A stretch of 33,548 bases of DNA from Acidobacteriota bacterium (GTDB taxonomy: Bacteria; Acidobacteriota; Blastocatellia; RBC074). The notes under the pieces are model-generated. The model worked only from the letters and a program-made list of their open reading frames with translations. It searched no databases and was not told where the DNA came from. Every line of letters begins with the position of its first letter. Position 1 is the stretch's first letter. Made by a program: the position numbers and the translations under genes. Shown one piece after another: positions 10,292 to 20,013 of this stretch. The stretch lies in the NCBI GenBank assembly GCA_031401095.1, contig JANNRD010000455.1, positions 1 to 33,548 on the forward strand, in the 5' to 3' direction.

Positions 10292-11242
10292 ATGTACCCT
10301 GATAGGCTACAAGCTCGCATTGCCACGGCGGCAGCGGTGTTTGCGCTATTCGCCGCGCTCATCATGCCACCGTCCTCGCGCGCCGCTGGTCCGCTGCAAG
10401 TCATGACTGCCACGACCGACCTCGCCGCGCTTGCGCAAGAGATCGGCGGCGACAAGGTCAGTGTCGAGTCGATCGCCCGCGGCTACCAGGACCCGCACTT
10501 CGTCGAAGCCAAGCCCAGCTTTCTTCTGAACCTACGGAAGACCGATCTGCTGATCGTCGTTGGCCTCGAACTCGAGATCGGATGGCTGCCGCCGCTCATC
10601 ACTCAATCCACCAATCCGAGGATCCAGGTCGGCGCGTCCGGCTATTTCGATGCCTCACGCTTCGCCCAGATTTTAGACATGCCCGCTGGCCAGGTGACGC
10701 GCGCCGAAGGCGACGTTCACCCGCTCGGCAATCCTCACTATTGGCTCGACCCGCAGAATGGTCTGCGCATTGCTAAAGGTATTCAGGACAAATTCAGCCA
10801 GATGCGTCCCAATGATGCCGCCTACTTTGCACAGCGCTACTCCGCGTTTGAGCAGCACCTCAGGCAAGCCGATCAGAAATGGCTCGAAGAGATGAAGCCG
10901 TATTCGGGCCGCAAGATCGTCACCTACCATCGCTCGTGGGTAAATTTTACGAAACATTTCAATCTCAACGTGATTGGCTATGTCGAGCCGCGCCCCGGCA
11001 TTCCGCCGAGTCCACAGCACACCGTCGAACTCATTAGGCAGATGAAGAGCGAGAATGTGAAGATCATCGCGGTCGAGCCCTACTTTGACCTAAAAACACC
11101 AAACGCGATTGCTCGCAGCACAGGTGGCCAGGTCGTCGTCTTGATCCCTTCCGTCGGTGGCGAAAAGGAAATCACCGATTACTTCAAGCTGTTCGACTAC
11201 GATATTGCCAAATTGAAACAGGCGTTTGATTCGACGCGCTAG
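10292..11242 (+). CDS. Periplasmic metal-binding protein of an ABC importer (ZnuA/TroA cluster A-I family)
   Basis: ATG at 10292 after AAGGAG. Signal peptide. Family blocks GYQDPHFVEAKPS, GDVHPLGNPHYWLDP, IVTYHRSW. Metal specificity cannot be determined from sequence. Confidence 0.8.
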   Translation: MYPDRLQARIATAAAVFALFAALIMPPSSRAAGPLQVMTATTDLAALAQEIGGDKVSVESIARGYQDPHFVEAKPSFLLNLRKTDLLIVVGLELEIGWLPPLITQSTNPRIQVGASGYFDASRFAQILDMPAGQVTRAEGDVHPLGNPHYWLDPQNGLRIAKGIQDKFSQMRPNDAAYFAQRYSAFEQHLRQADQKWLEEMKPYSGRKIVTYHRSWVNFTKHFNLNVIGYVEPRPGIPPSPQHTVELIRQMKSENVKIIAVEPYFDLKTPNAIARSTGGQVVVLIPSVGGEKEITDYFKLFDYDIAKLKQAFDSTR

Positions 11243-11259
11243 AGGCGGAGGACAACCGG

Positions 11260-12138
11260 ATGGACATCTTCCTCTTTTTGCTTGCACCTTTCGTCGCGAG
11301 TCTTATCCTGACTGGCATTCACGCCTACCTTGGCGTTCACGTTGTCGAGCGCGGGGTCATCTTCGTGGACCTCGCGCTCGCACAGATCGCCGCGTTGGGC
11401 GCCACCGTCGCCATCATCATTGGCATGGACCCGCGCGGCTCCGGCTCGTACTGGATCAGCCTCGCCTTCACTTTTCTAGGCGCGGGCATTTTCGCTTTTG
11501 CACGCGCCCGACGTGGCCGTATTCCACAGGAAGCCTTCATCGGCATCACCTATGCCGTTGCCACTGCCGCTGCAATTCTACTCATGAGCAAAGCGACTCA
11601 CGAAACCGAGCACCTCAAAGACATGCTCGTTGGGAATATTCTTGCTGTCTCATGGCTGGAGGTGCGTGAGACGGCCATCCTCTACAGCGCAATTGGCATC
11701 TTTCACTTTATCTTCCGCAAGAAATTCCTCCTCATCTCCATGAATCACGACAAAGCGGCAGGGCTCGGCCTCAAGGTCCGTTTCTGGGATTTCTTGTTCT
11801 ACGCCTCCTTCGGCTTCGTCGTCACTTCTTCTGTTGCTATCGCCGGAGTCCTTCTCGTTTTCTGCTACCTCATCGTGCCGTCTGTCGGCGCGATGCTTTT
11901 TGCGGATCGCATCGGGCCGCGCCTTGCGATCGGCTGGACTATGGGCGCGCTTGTTTCGGCGCTTGGTTGTTACTTGAGCGTGGAGATGGATACCCCGACC
12001 GGTGCCACGATCGTTGTCACGTTTGGCGCAGTTCTCGTGACCATGTTCCTGTCCCACCTCATCATTCATCGCCGAAGTGGCGATCCGCTGGCAGGAGCCG
12101 GCGCTGCCCATCAGGCCCGCGAGCAAACTCGTCCGTGA
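11260..12138 (+). CDS. ABC-3 family metal importer permease (ZnuB/MntB/TroC-like)
   Basis: 292-aa polytopic membrane ORF with about 8 hydrophobic segments. Typical ABC-3 blocks (GVHVVERGVIFVDLALAQIAALG, MLVGNILAV). Confidence 0.8.
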   Translation: MDIFLFLLAPFVASLILTGIHAYLGVHVVERGVIFVDLALAQIAALGATVAIIIGMDPRGSGSYWISLAFTFLGAGIFAFARARRGRIPQEAFIGITYAVATAAAILLMSKATHETEHLKDMLVGNILAVSWLEVRETAILYSAIGIFHFIFRKKFLLISMNHDKAAGLGLKVRFWDFLFYASFGFVVTSSVAIAGVLLVFCYLIVPSVGAMLFADRIGPRLAIGWTMGALVSALGCYLSVEMDTPTGATIVVTFGAVLVTMFLSHLIIHRRSGDPLAGAGAAHQAREQTRP

Positions 12139-12563
12139 GCGCCTCTCTGCTCATTCTGGTGAACGCCCCGGCTTTGGACACAGCGGGTAGTCACCGAGTC
12201 GTGACAGGAATCCTCTCAGAGAGGGTGGCTCAACTCCATCCTGATTCACTCGAGCGAGGCCGCATTTCTGATCGACGAGCGATGACGACGCCGTGGTCAC
12301 GCCGAAGTATCCCAGCGTGTGGATTTAAATCCCATAGGGTGAACTGGAAGGTGACACCCTCGGCAAGCAGTGTCACGATCAGGGGCAGGCTACTTGTGAG
12401 ACTTCATCTCGAGCGAACCTTAAGTACCTTGTTATCATTCCCGATCGGTTCGGAGCTAGCGGTATGGGGGTTGCACTGGAGGCGGTGGATCTATAGTCCC
12501 CGCTCATCGTCCCACGGGAACGCCCTCGAAGATGCCTGCTTGTCGATTTGTACGGAGGATATT

Positions 12564-13634
12564 GTGAAGAGAGTGTCTGCGCCGCTGTTGATAGCATTCG
12601 CGAGTCTACTGGGTTGGCTGAATCCTTCAGGCAACTCCGTGTATGCTCAGTACTATGATTGTTCCGTGACTTGCAGTACCTCGGTGCCCACGGTCGGGGC
12701 GGTCGGTAGCCCTCTTCAATTCTCTGCCACCGCCCAACCCTATTACTGCACTGGACCGCCTGCATACTCGTGGGATTTCGGTAATGGACGCAACTCTGCA
12801 CTGCCAAATCCGACGAACACGTATCAATCACCGGGAACATACAGTTGGGGGGTGACGGTCACCGTTGACGGCGTCAGCGCGGCCCAGGGCGGCCTAATCA
12901 CGATCACCCACAGAGCGGTGACGAGTGTGTCGGCGGCGAGCTACGAGGCGGCCGGGCTCGGTAGCGAATCCATTGCAGCGGCTTTTGGCGCCAGCCTCGG
13001 GACGAGTACCCAGGTAGCCACCACGGTCCCGCTTCCCACGGAGATTGCCGGGGTTCGCGTGCGGGTCAAGGATGCCGTGGGCACTGAACGCCTGGCTCCT
13101 CTCTTTTTCGTCTCCCCGGCACAAATAAACTATCAAATCCCGCCTGGGACCTCTGCGGGGATGGCAACGGTCACGATCATCAACGGTTCCGAGACGGTTG
13201 CCCAGGGGGATGCTCCGATTACCTCTACTGCGCCTGGACTGTTCACTGCCAATTCAAGCGGGCAAGGTGTACCGGCGGCCTTGGTGCTCCGGGTAAAAGC
13301 TGATGGGACGCAGATTCTCGAGCCGGTAGCCGACTTCGATGCCGGGCAGAGCCGTTTCGTTCCGCACCCGATCGACCTTGGCCCCGCGACAGATCAGGTC
13401 TTCCTGATCGTGTTCGGCACTGGTATTCGTAATGTCAGTACGCTCGCAGCAGTCACGGCGAGCATCGGTGGAGTGGGTGCGGAGGTGCTCTTCGCGGGAC
13501 CGCAAGGCGCATTCGTCGGGCTGGATCAGGCCAATCTACGCCTGCCACGCAGCCTCGCCGGACGTGGCGAGGTGGACCTCGGGCTAGTGGTGAGCGGCAA
13601 GGCTGCAAACATCGTCAAGCTCAACATCCGCTGA
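12564..13634 (+). CDS. Secreted PKD-domain protein with Solibacter-type C-terminal domain (TIGR03437-like)
   Basis: GTG at 12564, 5 nt after GGAGG. Signal peptide. PKD motif WDFGNG...[18 protein letters not shown]. The C-terminal ~215 aa are clearly homologous to the C-terminus of the 28276..30447 protein. Confidence 0.7.
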   Translation: MKRVSAPLLIAFASLLGWLNPSGNSVYAQYYDCSVTCSTSVPTVGAVGSPLQFSATAQPYYCTGPPAYSWDFGNGRNSALPNPTNTYQSPGTYSWGVTVTVDGVSAAQGGLITITHRAVTSVSAASYEAAGLGSESIAAAFGASLGTSTQVATTVPLPTEIAGVRVRVKDAVGTERLAPLFFVSPAQINYQIPPGTSAGMATVTIINGSETVAQGDAPITSTAPGLFTANSSGQGVPAALVLRVKADGTQILEPVADFDAGQSRFVPHPIDLGPATDQVFLIVFGTGIRNVSTLAAVTASIGGVGAEVLFAGPQGAFVGLDQANLRLPRSLAGRGEVDLGLVVSGKAANIVKLNIR

Positions 13635-13916
13635 CAGCGTGCAAGGAGAGGGATCGTCCATTTACTGGCAAAGTCGGACCACTGAGGTGCCGCAATGACA
13701 AGATTCCCCGATCCTCACGCCACGCGCTGTAAGGGCGTCAGCTTTCCGAAACGGAACCCTAGGTAGTGCGGTGTGGGCTCCTTCCACCGGATCCATCGAC
13801 CTATTTGATCGACACTTTAGTCGTATTCGCCACCTTTCCAAACACCCTCGCATCCGTTCTGTCAGCTAAAATGCTCTGGAATCTCCGGCCCCTACCTCTT
13901 CGCTACAGGTGCAACT

Positions 13917-15086
13917 CTACACAGACTCCCCAGCCGCGAATCCCGATGCCCAGGCCCACTGGAAATTGTACCCTCCCAACTGTCCGGTGACATCCACCAC
14001 TTCCCCGATGAAATAGAGTCCCGCAGCCCTCTTCGCCTCCATTGTCCGCGACGAGAGTTCCGTCGTTGCGACGCCACCAGCAGTCACTTCGGCCTTCTTG
14101 AAACCCTCAGTTCCTGATGGCGTGATCCTCATCTCGCGAAGCCTCTTCGCAATCTCAAGAAGCTGATTTGTATCGTACTGCCGGAGCGGTTTTGATGGTG
14201 CATACAGTTCACACCAGGCTTGCGCAAAACGCCGAGGAAGGTAACGCGAAAGAAGATTCGCAAGCTCGACCTCCGATTCTCGATGGCTTTCGAGAATCTC
14301 AACAACATCCTCATCCGGCAGAAGGTTGATCGAAATGCCATCGCCTGGTTTCCAGTACGACGATATCTGCAGGATTGCCGGACCACTCAGCCCACGATGC
14401 GTGATGAGCATGTTCTCCCTGAACTCTGCGTCACCGTAGCTCACTAGCACATCGAGCGAGACACCGCTCAGCATCGCCAACTGCGTCTGCATCTGCGACG
14501 TCAGCGTCAGTGGCACCAGAGCAGGCTTTGGTGCCTCAATTCGCAACCCAAACTGGCGCGCGATCCGATAGCCGAAGTCAGTCGCTCCAATTGGCGGAAT
14601 AGACAAACCACCGGTCGAAATTACAATGGAAGTTGTGCCGAAGCTCCCTTGGCTTGTCTCTATCATGAATGCGCTCTCCCGGTTAACCGAGAGAACCCTG
14701 CACTGGCAACGAATCTCGACACCTGCCTCGCGACACTCCCGAAGCAGCATGTCAATGATCTGTTGGGAACTACCATCGCAGAAGAGCTGGCCCAGCTTCT
14801 TCTCGTGATAGGCGATGCCGTGCTTTTCGACGAGGGAGACGAAATCCGCCGGAGTGTAGCGAGCAAGCGCTGACTTGCTGAAGTGGGGGTTCGCCGAGAG
14901 GAAGTTATCCGCGGTTGTATGGAGATTGGTGAAGTTGCAACGCCCGCCGCCGGAGATGGCGATCTTCTTGCCGACGCGGTCGTTATGTTCGAGGACCAGG
15001 ACTCGCCGACCGCGCCTGCCTGCCTCGATCGCACAGAAAAGACCGGCGGCCCCTGCGCCAATGACTATGACGTCCCATTCCAGCAT
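13917..15086 (-). CDS. HI0933/YhiN-family NAD(P)/FAD-dependent flavoprotein
   Basis: N-terminal Rossmann DVIVIGAGAAGLFCA, then the family hallmark GKKIAISGGGRCNFTN. 389 aa. Confidence 0.85.
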   Translation of the reverse strand: MLEWDVIVIGAGAAGLFCAIEAGRRGRRVLVLEHNDRVGKKIAISGGGRCNFTNLHTTADNFLSANPHFSKSALARYTPADFVSLVEKHGIAYHEKKLGQLFCDGSSQQIIDMLLRECREAGVEIRCQCRVLSVNRESAFMIETSQGSFGTTSIVISTGGLSIPPIGATDFGYRIARQFGLRIEAPKPALVPLTLTSQMQTQLAMLSGVSLDVLVSYGDAEFRENMLITHRGLSGPAILQISSYWKPGDGISINLLPDEDVVEILESHRESEVELANLLSRYLPRRFAQAWCELYAPSKPLRQYDTNQLLEIAKRLREMRITPSGTEGFKKAEVTAGGVATTELSSRTMEAKRAAGLYFIGEVVDVTGQLGGYNFQWAWASGFAAGESV

Positions 15087-15170
15087 GCCTGGCTATCTCA
15101 ACCGAGCGGATTCATTTCGGTGCATCTTCTTTTTTCTCCTTGTTTCGCAGACTACGATGCGCTCGTCCCC

Positions 15171-15254
15171 TTTTTGGAGTGCGGTGACTTGTGACCGCTT
15201 TCCATCGTTGGCGAGTTGAGCGGACAGCGGTGACAAGTCATCGCACTCCAAAAA
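15171..15254. repeat. 22-bp inverted repeat (21/22 match) with a 40-nt loop between ogt and the yhiN-like gene
   Basis: TTTTTGGAGTGCGGTGACTTGT at 15171-15192 pairs with ACAAGTCATCGCACTCCAAAAA at 15233-15254. Confidence 0.6.
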
Positions 15255-15331
15255 GCGGCGGTCTTCGTAGACTGCGCCTCCCCGAGATGTCAGATCCTAC
15301 TCCTCAATTCACCTGCCTCCAAGAACAATAC

Positions 15332-15883
15332 TCATGACGACCCTGCCGTCTCTCTCTCTCGATCGAGCAACGCCTGTTTCCGCTCAAGACCCCAGCGATA
15401 GCCGCTCAAACTGCCGTCGCTGCGCACCACGCGATGGCAGGGTGTGACGAGGGCTACCGGATTGGTCGCACAAGCTCGCGCGACTGCCCGCGTCGCTGAA
15501 GGCTGTCCCAGACTCGTGGCCACCTCTCTGTAGGAACGAGTTGCTCCATATGGAATCCTCCTCAGCTCCTCCCAGACCCGCAACTGAAAGGCGGTCGCTT
15601 GCACATCAAGCGGCAGGCTGAGCGATGGCTGCCCTCCATCAATGTGTTCAAGGATCGCCGCGACATGATCCTTGAGCTGCAATTCATCGCGCGTCATTGT
15701 CGCAGATGGATACTCGGAAGTAAGAGCCTTCGCCAGTTCATCGTCACTGTCGCCAAACTGAACTGAGCAGACTCCACGTTCAGTTGCGGCTACAAGCAGG
15801 CGACCGAGCCGGCAGTCGACGATGGTGAAGAGTATGTTCATCCCCTTTCCACCTCGGCGGTAGCTCGCCGGCGTCATTCCCAT
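15332..15883 (-). CDS. ogt: Methylated-DNA--protein-cysteine methyltransferase (Ogt domain) carrying the tail of a truncated AraC/Ada HTH
   Basis: Active-site PCHRVV. Standalone MGMT could start at the internal ATG 15844 (MNILFTIVD..). The frame stays open upstream to 15943 and encodes YDAGYGSSSRLYEKAGQRMGMTPASYRRGG, the last helix of an AraC-type HTH. Confidence 0.85.
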   Translation of the reverse strand: MGMTPASYRRGGKGMNILFTIVDCRLGRLLVAATERGVCSVQFGDSDDELAKALTSEYPSATMTRDELQLKDHVAAILEHIDGGQPSLSLPLDVQATAFQLRVWEELRRIPYGATRSYREVATSLGQPSATRAVARACATNPVALVTPCHRVVRSDGSLSGYRWGLERKQALLDRERETAGSS

Positions 15884-15945
15884 TCGTTGCCCGGCCTTTT
15901 CGTAGAGACGGCTGCTCGAGCCATATCCAGCATCGTACCTTGATC

Positions 15946-16087
15946 ACCAGTTAATGAACCACAGAGACTCAGAGACACAGAGAAAGCACAGAGAAGAAAT
16001 ATGAAAGGTGGAGAGGCTCTTACAACCTCTCTTGTTCTTCTCTGTGCTTTCTCTGTGTCTCTGAGTCTCTGTGGTTCAATAACTGGT
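15946..16087. repeat. Large near-perfect hairpin (53-bp arms, 52/53 match, 36-nt loop), CACAGAG-rich, MITE/REP-like
   Basis: Left arm 15946-15998 is the reverse complement of right arm 16035-16087 with one mismatch. The loop holds an inner GAGAGG/CCTCTC stem. Confidence 0.85.
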
Positions 16088-16167
16088 CATTTCGCTGGTT
16101 TGGCACAGGAAGACGAACTGAGACACTACCACCTGCGCCACTTCAGTTGGTGCGCGTGCGTCCGCTT

Positions 16168-18591
16168 CTATTCACCCTTCTTCCTCGACCATCTTCGCCA
16201 AAGACCCCATGCCGCAAGAAGCGGCCAGGTCGTCAACACAGCCCCAATGGCAAACGCGCTGTTTGCCGGACCAAAGAGCATCTGCTGCATTTGTGTCAGT
16301 GCCCTGTCATTGATCAAATACGTCCATGTCGACGCCGGCCCCTTCAAATCCGTCTCACCCCAATCAATCCCGCCTTCGGTCATCTCCATCTTCCCCAGGG
16401 TCTCGATGATCTGGTCTTCGATGGTCTGTTGCAGCCTCCAGAATCCCTCCGCCGCTTTCTTGTGAAACTCGTGCAGGGGATCCTTCTTCCCCAGTCCCTC
16501 GAGGTGTATGCCTTCACGCAATTGTGTCAGAAACGAAAGATGATCAGCCCAGCAGCGGTCGATGTTCTGCAGCGTCACGCCGCGTTCGATCTGCTCCACC
16601 CTCTCCGCACCAAACCTCGCAGTCAATTCATGATGACGTTGCGGCAATCGCTCCGCAAATAGCCCGCCCGGCTCATGCCCCAGCAGCACCTCCATTCGCC
16701 ATTCCTGAATCCGACGACGCTGCTCTTCTACAGGAGCAGAGTACCGCCACAGAGTTTTTCGTATCTCGTAGTTCTGTCCATCGACGATTCGTTGCAGCCG
16801 CTCAACCTCGTTGCGGATGACTGGATGATCTATCGGGCCCTGCTGCCGGGCCGGTCGAAGCTGCTGAGGTATCAACTGCTCAAGTCCGAAGCGGACCATG
16901 AGATCGTCCTCGAGACTGACAAAGAAGCGCGATGTCCCGGGATCTCCCTGACGTCCGGCACGACCCCGTAATTGATCATCGATGCGCCGGCTCTCGTGGC
17001 GGTTTGTCCCGATGACGTAGAGTCCGCCAAGGTCGGCTACGCTGTCCCTGTCTTGTTCGGACGAAGCGCCAGTACCAGCCAGTCCACCCAATTTTATGTC
17101 GGTCCCCCGGCCGGCCATATTGGTTGAGATGGTAACTGCTCCGAGAGCACCTGCCTCGGCGATGATTGCGGCTTCTGCCTCATCATTCTTCGCGTTGAGT
17201 ACGCGACATTCGATTGCCGCATCGCGGAGCCTGGCCGCGAGCAGTTCCGACTCGTAAACGCTGCTTGTCCCAACCAACATCGGCCGGCCTGTCTTGTGAA
17301 CGCGATCGATCTCTTTGACCAGTGCGCGATACTTTGCTTCCTTGTGAGTGAACAACTCATCAGGTTGGTCGTCACGAATGCAGACTTTGTGAGGTGGGAT
17401 CGGGACGACTTTGAAGCCGTAGAAGCCCTCAAACTCCTCGGCTGAAGTCTGCGCCGTCGCGGTCATCCCGCTCAGTGTGGTGTAGTGCTTGAGAAAGTGT
17501 TGGAGGGTGATCGAGCCGAGAATCCGGCCCCCCGGTCGTACCTCAAGACCTTCCTTGGCTTCGAGTGCAGCCTGCAGCCCGTCGGGCCAGCGACGATCAT
17601 CGACGACACGGCCCGTGAATTCGTCTACGAGTTCAATACGTTGATCGCGGACTATGTAGTCGACGTCGCGGTTCAGCAATGCCCGCGCGTGCAGCGCCTG
17701 ATTGACCTCGGTAAGGAGCAGAAAGTTTTCGGTCGCGTGCAGATCTCCGCATGCGAGTGTCTTTTCCAGCTCATCGATACCGTGCTCGGTAAGGAAGACA
17801 TTGCGATCGTTCTCGTCAGTCTCCCAATCAAGATCCTTCTTCAACTGACTGACGAGTTCAGCGATCCGGTAGGGACTGGTCTCTGAGCTGGCGCGGTCAC
17901 CTGCGATGACGAGCGGCGACCGAGCTTCGTCGATGAGTATCGAATCGGCCTCATCGATGATGGCGTAGTTGAAGCCTCGATGAACGAGACTCTCGGGATC
18001 GCGTGCGAGATGCATACGCAAGAAATCGAAGGCCGCTTCCTTGGCTGTCGCGTAAGTGATGTCGGCCTGATAAGCCGCACGTCGCGCGTCGATCGACATC
18101 CCTTCCTGGATGGTGCCGACTGTCAGCCCGAGGAACTCGTAGACGGGACCCATCCAGGAGGCATCACGGCGTGCGAGGTAGTCGTTAAACGTCAGGACGT
18201 GAACTCCTCTACCTGTGAGAGCGTTGAGCAGAGCAGGCATAACTGCGACGAGGGTTTTGCCTTCGCCGGTTTGCATCTCAACGAGCTTTCCGAGGTGAAG
18301 TGCGACGGCGGCAATGACCTGGACGTCGAAGGGCCTCATCGCGAGAGTGCGATGTGCGGCTTCTCGAACAAGCGCGAAGACCTCGATCATGAGCTCATCG
18401 ATGGGTGTGCCGCTTTGTGCACGCGTTCTTAATGAGGCGGTGATCTGTTGGAGCCGAGAGTCGCTCTCGTCAACGAGGATTGCGTGTTGACGGTTTATTG
18501 CATCGAGAGCGGCGTGGTAGCGGGTCAGGTCGGCCTCGATCGGCCCACCGCGCCATTCGTACAATCGCTTTTTCCAGGCGCTGGCTATCAT
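16168..18591 (-). CDS. secA: SecA-family preprotein translocase ATPase, short form (~807 aa) with a C-terminal hydrophobic tail instead of the Zn-finger CTD
   Basis: Walker A MQTGEGKTLVA. DEAD box IIDEADSILIDEARSPL. Motor blocks TNMAGRGTDIKLGG and GTNRHESRRIDDQLRGRAGRQGDPGTSRFFVSLEDDLM. ATG at 18591 (MIASAWKKRL..) preferred over 18636, which would overlap the upstream gene. Confidence 0.85.
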   Translation of the reverse strand: MIASAWKKRLYEWRGGPIEADLTRYHAALDAINRQHAILVDESDSRLQQITASLRTRAQSGTPIDELMIEVFALVREAAHRTLAMRPFDVQVIAAVALHLGKLVEMQTGEGKTLVAVMPALLNALTGRGVHVLTFNDYLARRDASWMGPVYEFLGLTVGTIQEGMSIDARRAAYQADITYATAKEAAFDFLRMHLARDPESLVHRGFNYAIIDEADSILIDEARSPLVIAGDRASSETSPYRIAELVSQLKKDLDWETDENDRNVFLTEHGIDELEKTLACGDLHATENFLLLTEVNQALHARALLNRDVDYIVRDQRIELVDEFTGRVVDDRRWPDGLQAALEAKEGLEVRPGGRILGSITLQHFLKHYTTLSGMTATAQTSAEEFEGFYGFKVVPIPPHKVCIRDDQPDELFTHKEAKYRALVKEIDRVHKTGRPMLVGTSSVYESELLAARLRDAAIECRVLNAKNDEAEAAIIAEAGALGAVTISTNMAGRGTDIKLGGLAGTGASSEQDRDSVADLGGLYVIGTNRHESRRIDDQLRGRAGRQGDPGTSRFFVSLEDDLMVRFGLEQLIPQQLRPARQQGPIDHPVIRNEVERLQRIVDGQNYEIRKTLWRYSAPVEEQRRRIQEWRMEVLLGHEPGGLFAERLPQRHHELTARFGAERVEQIERGVTLQNIDRCWADHLSFLTQLREGIHLEGLGKKDPLHEFHKKAAEGFWRLQQTIEDQIIETLGKMEMTEGGIDWGETDLKGPASTWTYLINDRALTQMQQMLFGPANSAFAIGAVLTTWPLLAAWGLWRRWSRKKGE

Positions 18592-18601
18592 TGCAATCAG
18601 T

Positions 18602-19708
18602 CTACGATGACATGCGTGGCGGGGTTCGGGCTGCACCGGCTGCGCGTTTCAAGTCACCGTCTTTGCCATACCAGCTGATCTCACCGGAGAGCGTTTTGAG
18701 AAACTCGACGAGGTCCGTCTTCTCCTGATCATTGAGATTGAGCGGCTTGATCTTTGGTGAGAGCCACGGGTTAGGCTGGCCCCCTTTGTCGTAGTACTCG
18801 ATCACTTCCTCGAGTGTCTTGAGGGAGCCATCGCTCATGTATGGAGCGGTGCTTGCGACTTCGCGCAACGTAGGTGTCTTGAATGCACCCTGGTGACCAT
18901 CGAGTTTAGAGATTGTGAAGCGGCCGGGATCAGGTTTCTTTGCGAGAGCGCCGACACCGAGGTTGTGATAGATCTCGTCGGTGAAGTTGAACGAGAGGTG
19001 GCATTGAGCGCAAAGGCCCTTGCCGAGGAAGATCCGGTATCCACGTGTTGCGGCTTCGCTCATCGAAGACTTGTCGCCATTGATAAAGCGATCGAAGGGG
19101 CTATTGCCGGCGAGAATGGTGCGCTCAAAGCTGGCGATCGCCTGCGAGAGGTGTTGCTCAGTTATGACGTCAGTGTCCGGAAAGGCCTGTTTGAATGCAG
19201 CGATGTAGCTTGGACTATTCTCGAGTCGCTTGAGAACTATTTTGAGCGAGGGATTACCCATTTCGACGGGGTTGGTGAGAGGCACGAGTGCCTGTTCTTC
19301 GAGAGATGGGGCGCGCCCATCCCAGAACTGAGCGCGGCTGAAGGCGCGATTGATGAGTGTCGGAGACTGACGAGTACCTCTGCGCGACTTGACGCCGATT
19401 GAAAACCGATTCGAGTCGGAGAATGCGTTTTCGGGTACGTGGCAGGAGGCGCAGGAGAGTGAGCCGTCGATGGAGAGGGACTTGTCAAAGAAGAGGCGCT
19501 TACCGAGTTTAATTTTGTCTTCGGTGATCGGGTTGTCATCGGGGACGGAGAACGTGGCAGAAGTGATGTCGAGCCCCATTGGGGCACTAAGTTTGAATCC
19601 TGCGGGATCACGAGATGGTGGCGGGGTCTTGTCGATCCTCTCGGCGCAAGCGGCGATAAAGAGCGCTACGGCGAGGGAGGCGAGCTTCGCTTTTTGAGAC
19701 GTAGACAT
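18602..19708 (-). CDS. Di-heme cytochrome c peroxidase (CCP/MauG family), lipoprotein
   Basis: Two heme c motifs, CASCH and CAQCH. Lipobox LFIAAC. CCP blocks FWDGRAPSLEEQA and FKTPTLREV. Confidence 0.85.
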   Translation of the reverse strand: MSTSQKAKLASLAVALFIAACAERIDKTPPPSRDPAGFKLSAPMGLDITSATFSVPDDNPITEDKIKLGKRLFFDKSLSIDGSLSCASCHVPENAFSDSNRFSIGVKSRRGTRQSPTLINRAFSRAQFWDGRAPSLEEQALVPLTNPVEMGNPSLKIVLKRLENSPSYIAAFKQAFPDTDVITEQHLSQAIASFERTILAGNSPFDRFINGDKSSMSEAATRGYRIFLGKGLCAQCHLSFNFTDEIYHNLGVGALAKKPDPGRFTISKLDGHQGAFKTPTLREVASTAPYMSDGSLKTLEEVIEYYDKGGQPNPWLSPKIKPLNLNDQEKTDLVEFLKTLSGEISWYGKDGDLKRAAGAARTPPRMSS

Positions 19709-19880
19709 ACGGACATTTGATTCTTGGTCCTTGATGCTGCTTTGTCAACGAAGCCCTTCGTGTGCTTCTCCTGGGATCGTCCCTGGGAGCGCCGAGCCCC
19801 AGCTCGGCATCTTGTAAGGTGGCGGATTGCGAACGTCAGTGGGGGTGCCCTTGCGCTGGGCGTTTGCTTTTTTGGTCGGG

Positions 19881-19909
19881 TTGACAGGTTCGCGAGGACT
19901 GTAGTATCT
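19881..19909 (+). promoter_or_regulatory. Candidate sigma70-type promoter of the tRNA
   Basis: TTGACA at 19881-19886. -10 candidates are TAGTAT (19902-19907, 15-nt spacer) or GTATCT (17-nt spacer). About 30 nt upstream of the tRNA 5' end. Confidence 0.35.
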
Positions 19910-19938
19910 ATTTCAGTCCGCTTTAAAGGCGGTCTTGC

Positions 19939-20013
<75 letters not shown>

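Noticed and set aside
11967-12563. The 555-aa version of the PKD protein ORF starting at 11967
   Set aside because: The N-terminal 199 codons overlap the permease gene and give an Arg/Ser-rich nonsense-like sequence. A GGAGG-GTG start at 12564 followed by a signal peptide is far more plausible.
16001-16662. ORFs 16001..16465 and 16147..16662
   Set aside because: The first starts inside the hairpin loop and translates the hairpin arm. Both run antisense to the strongly supported SecA-family gene.
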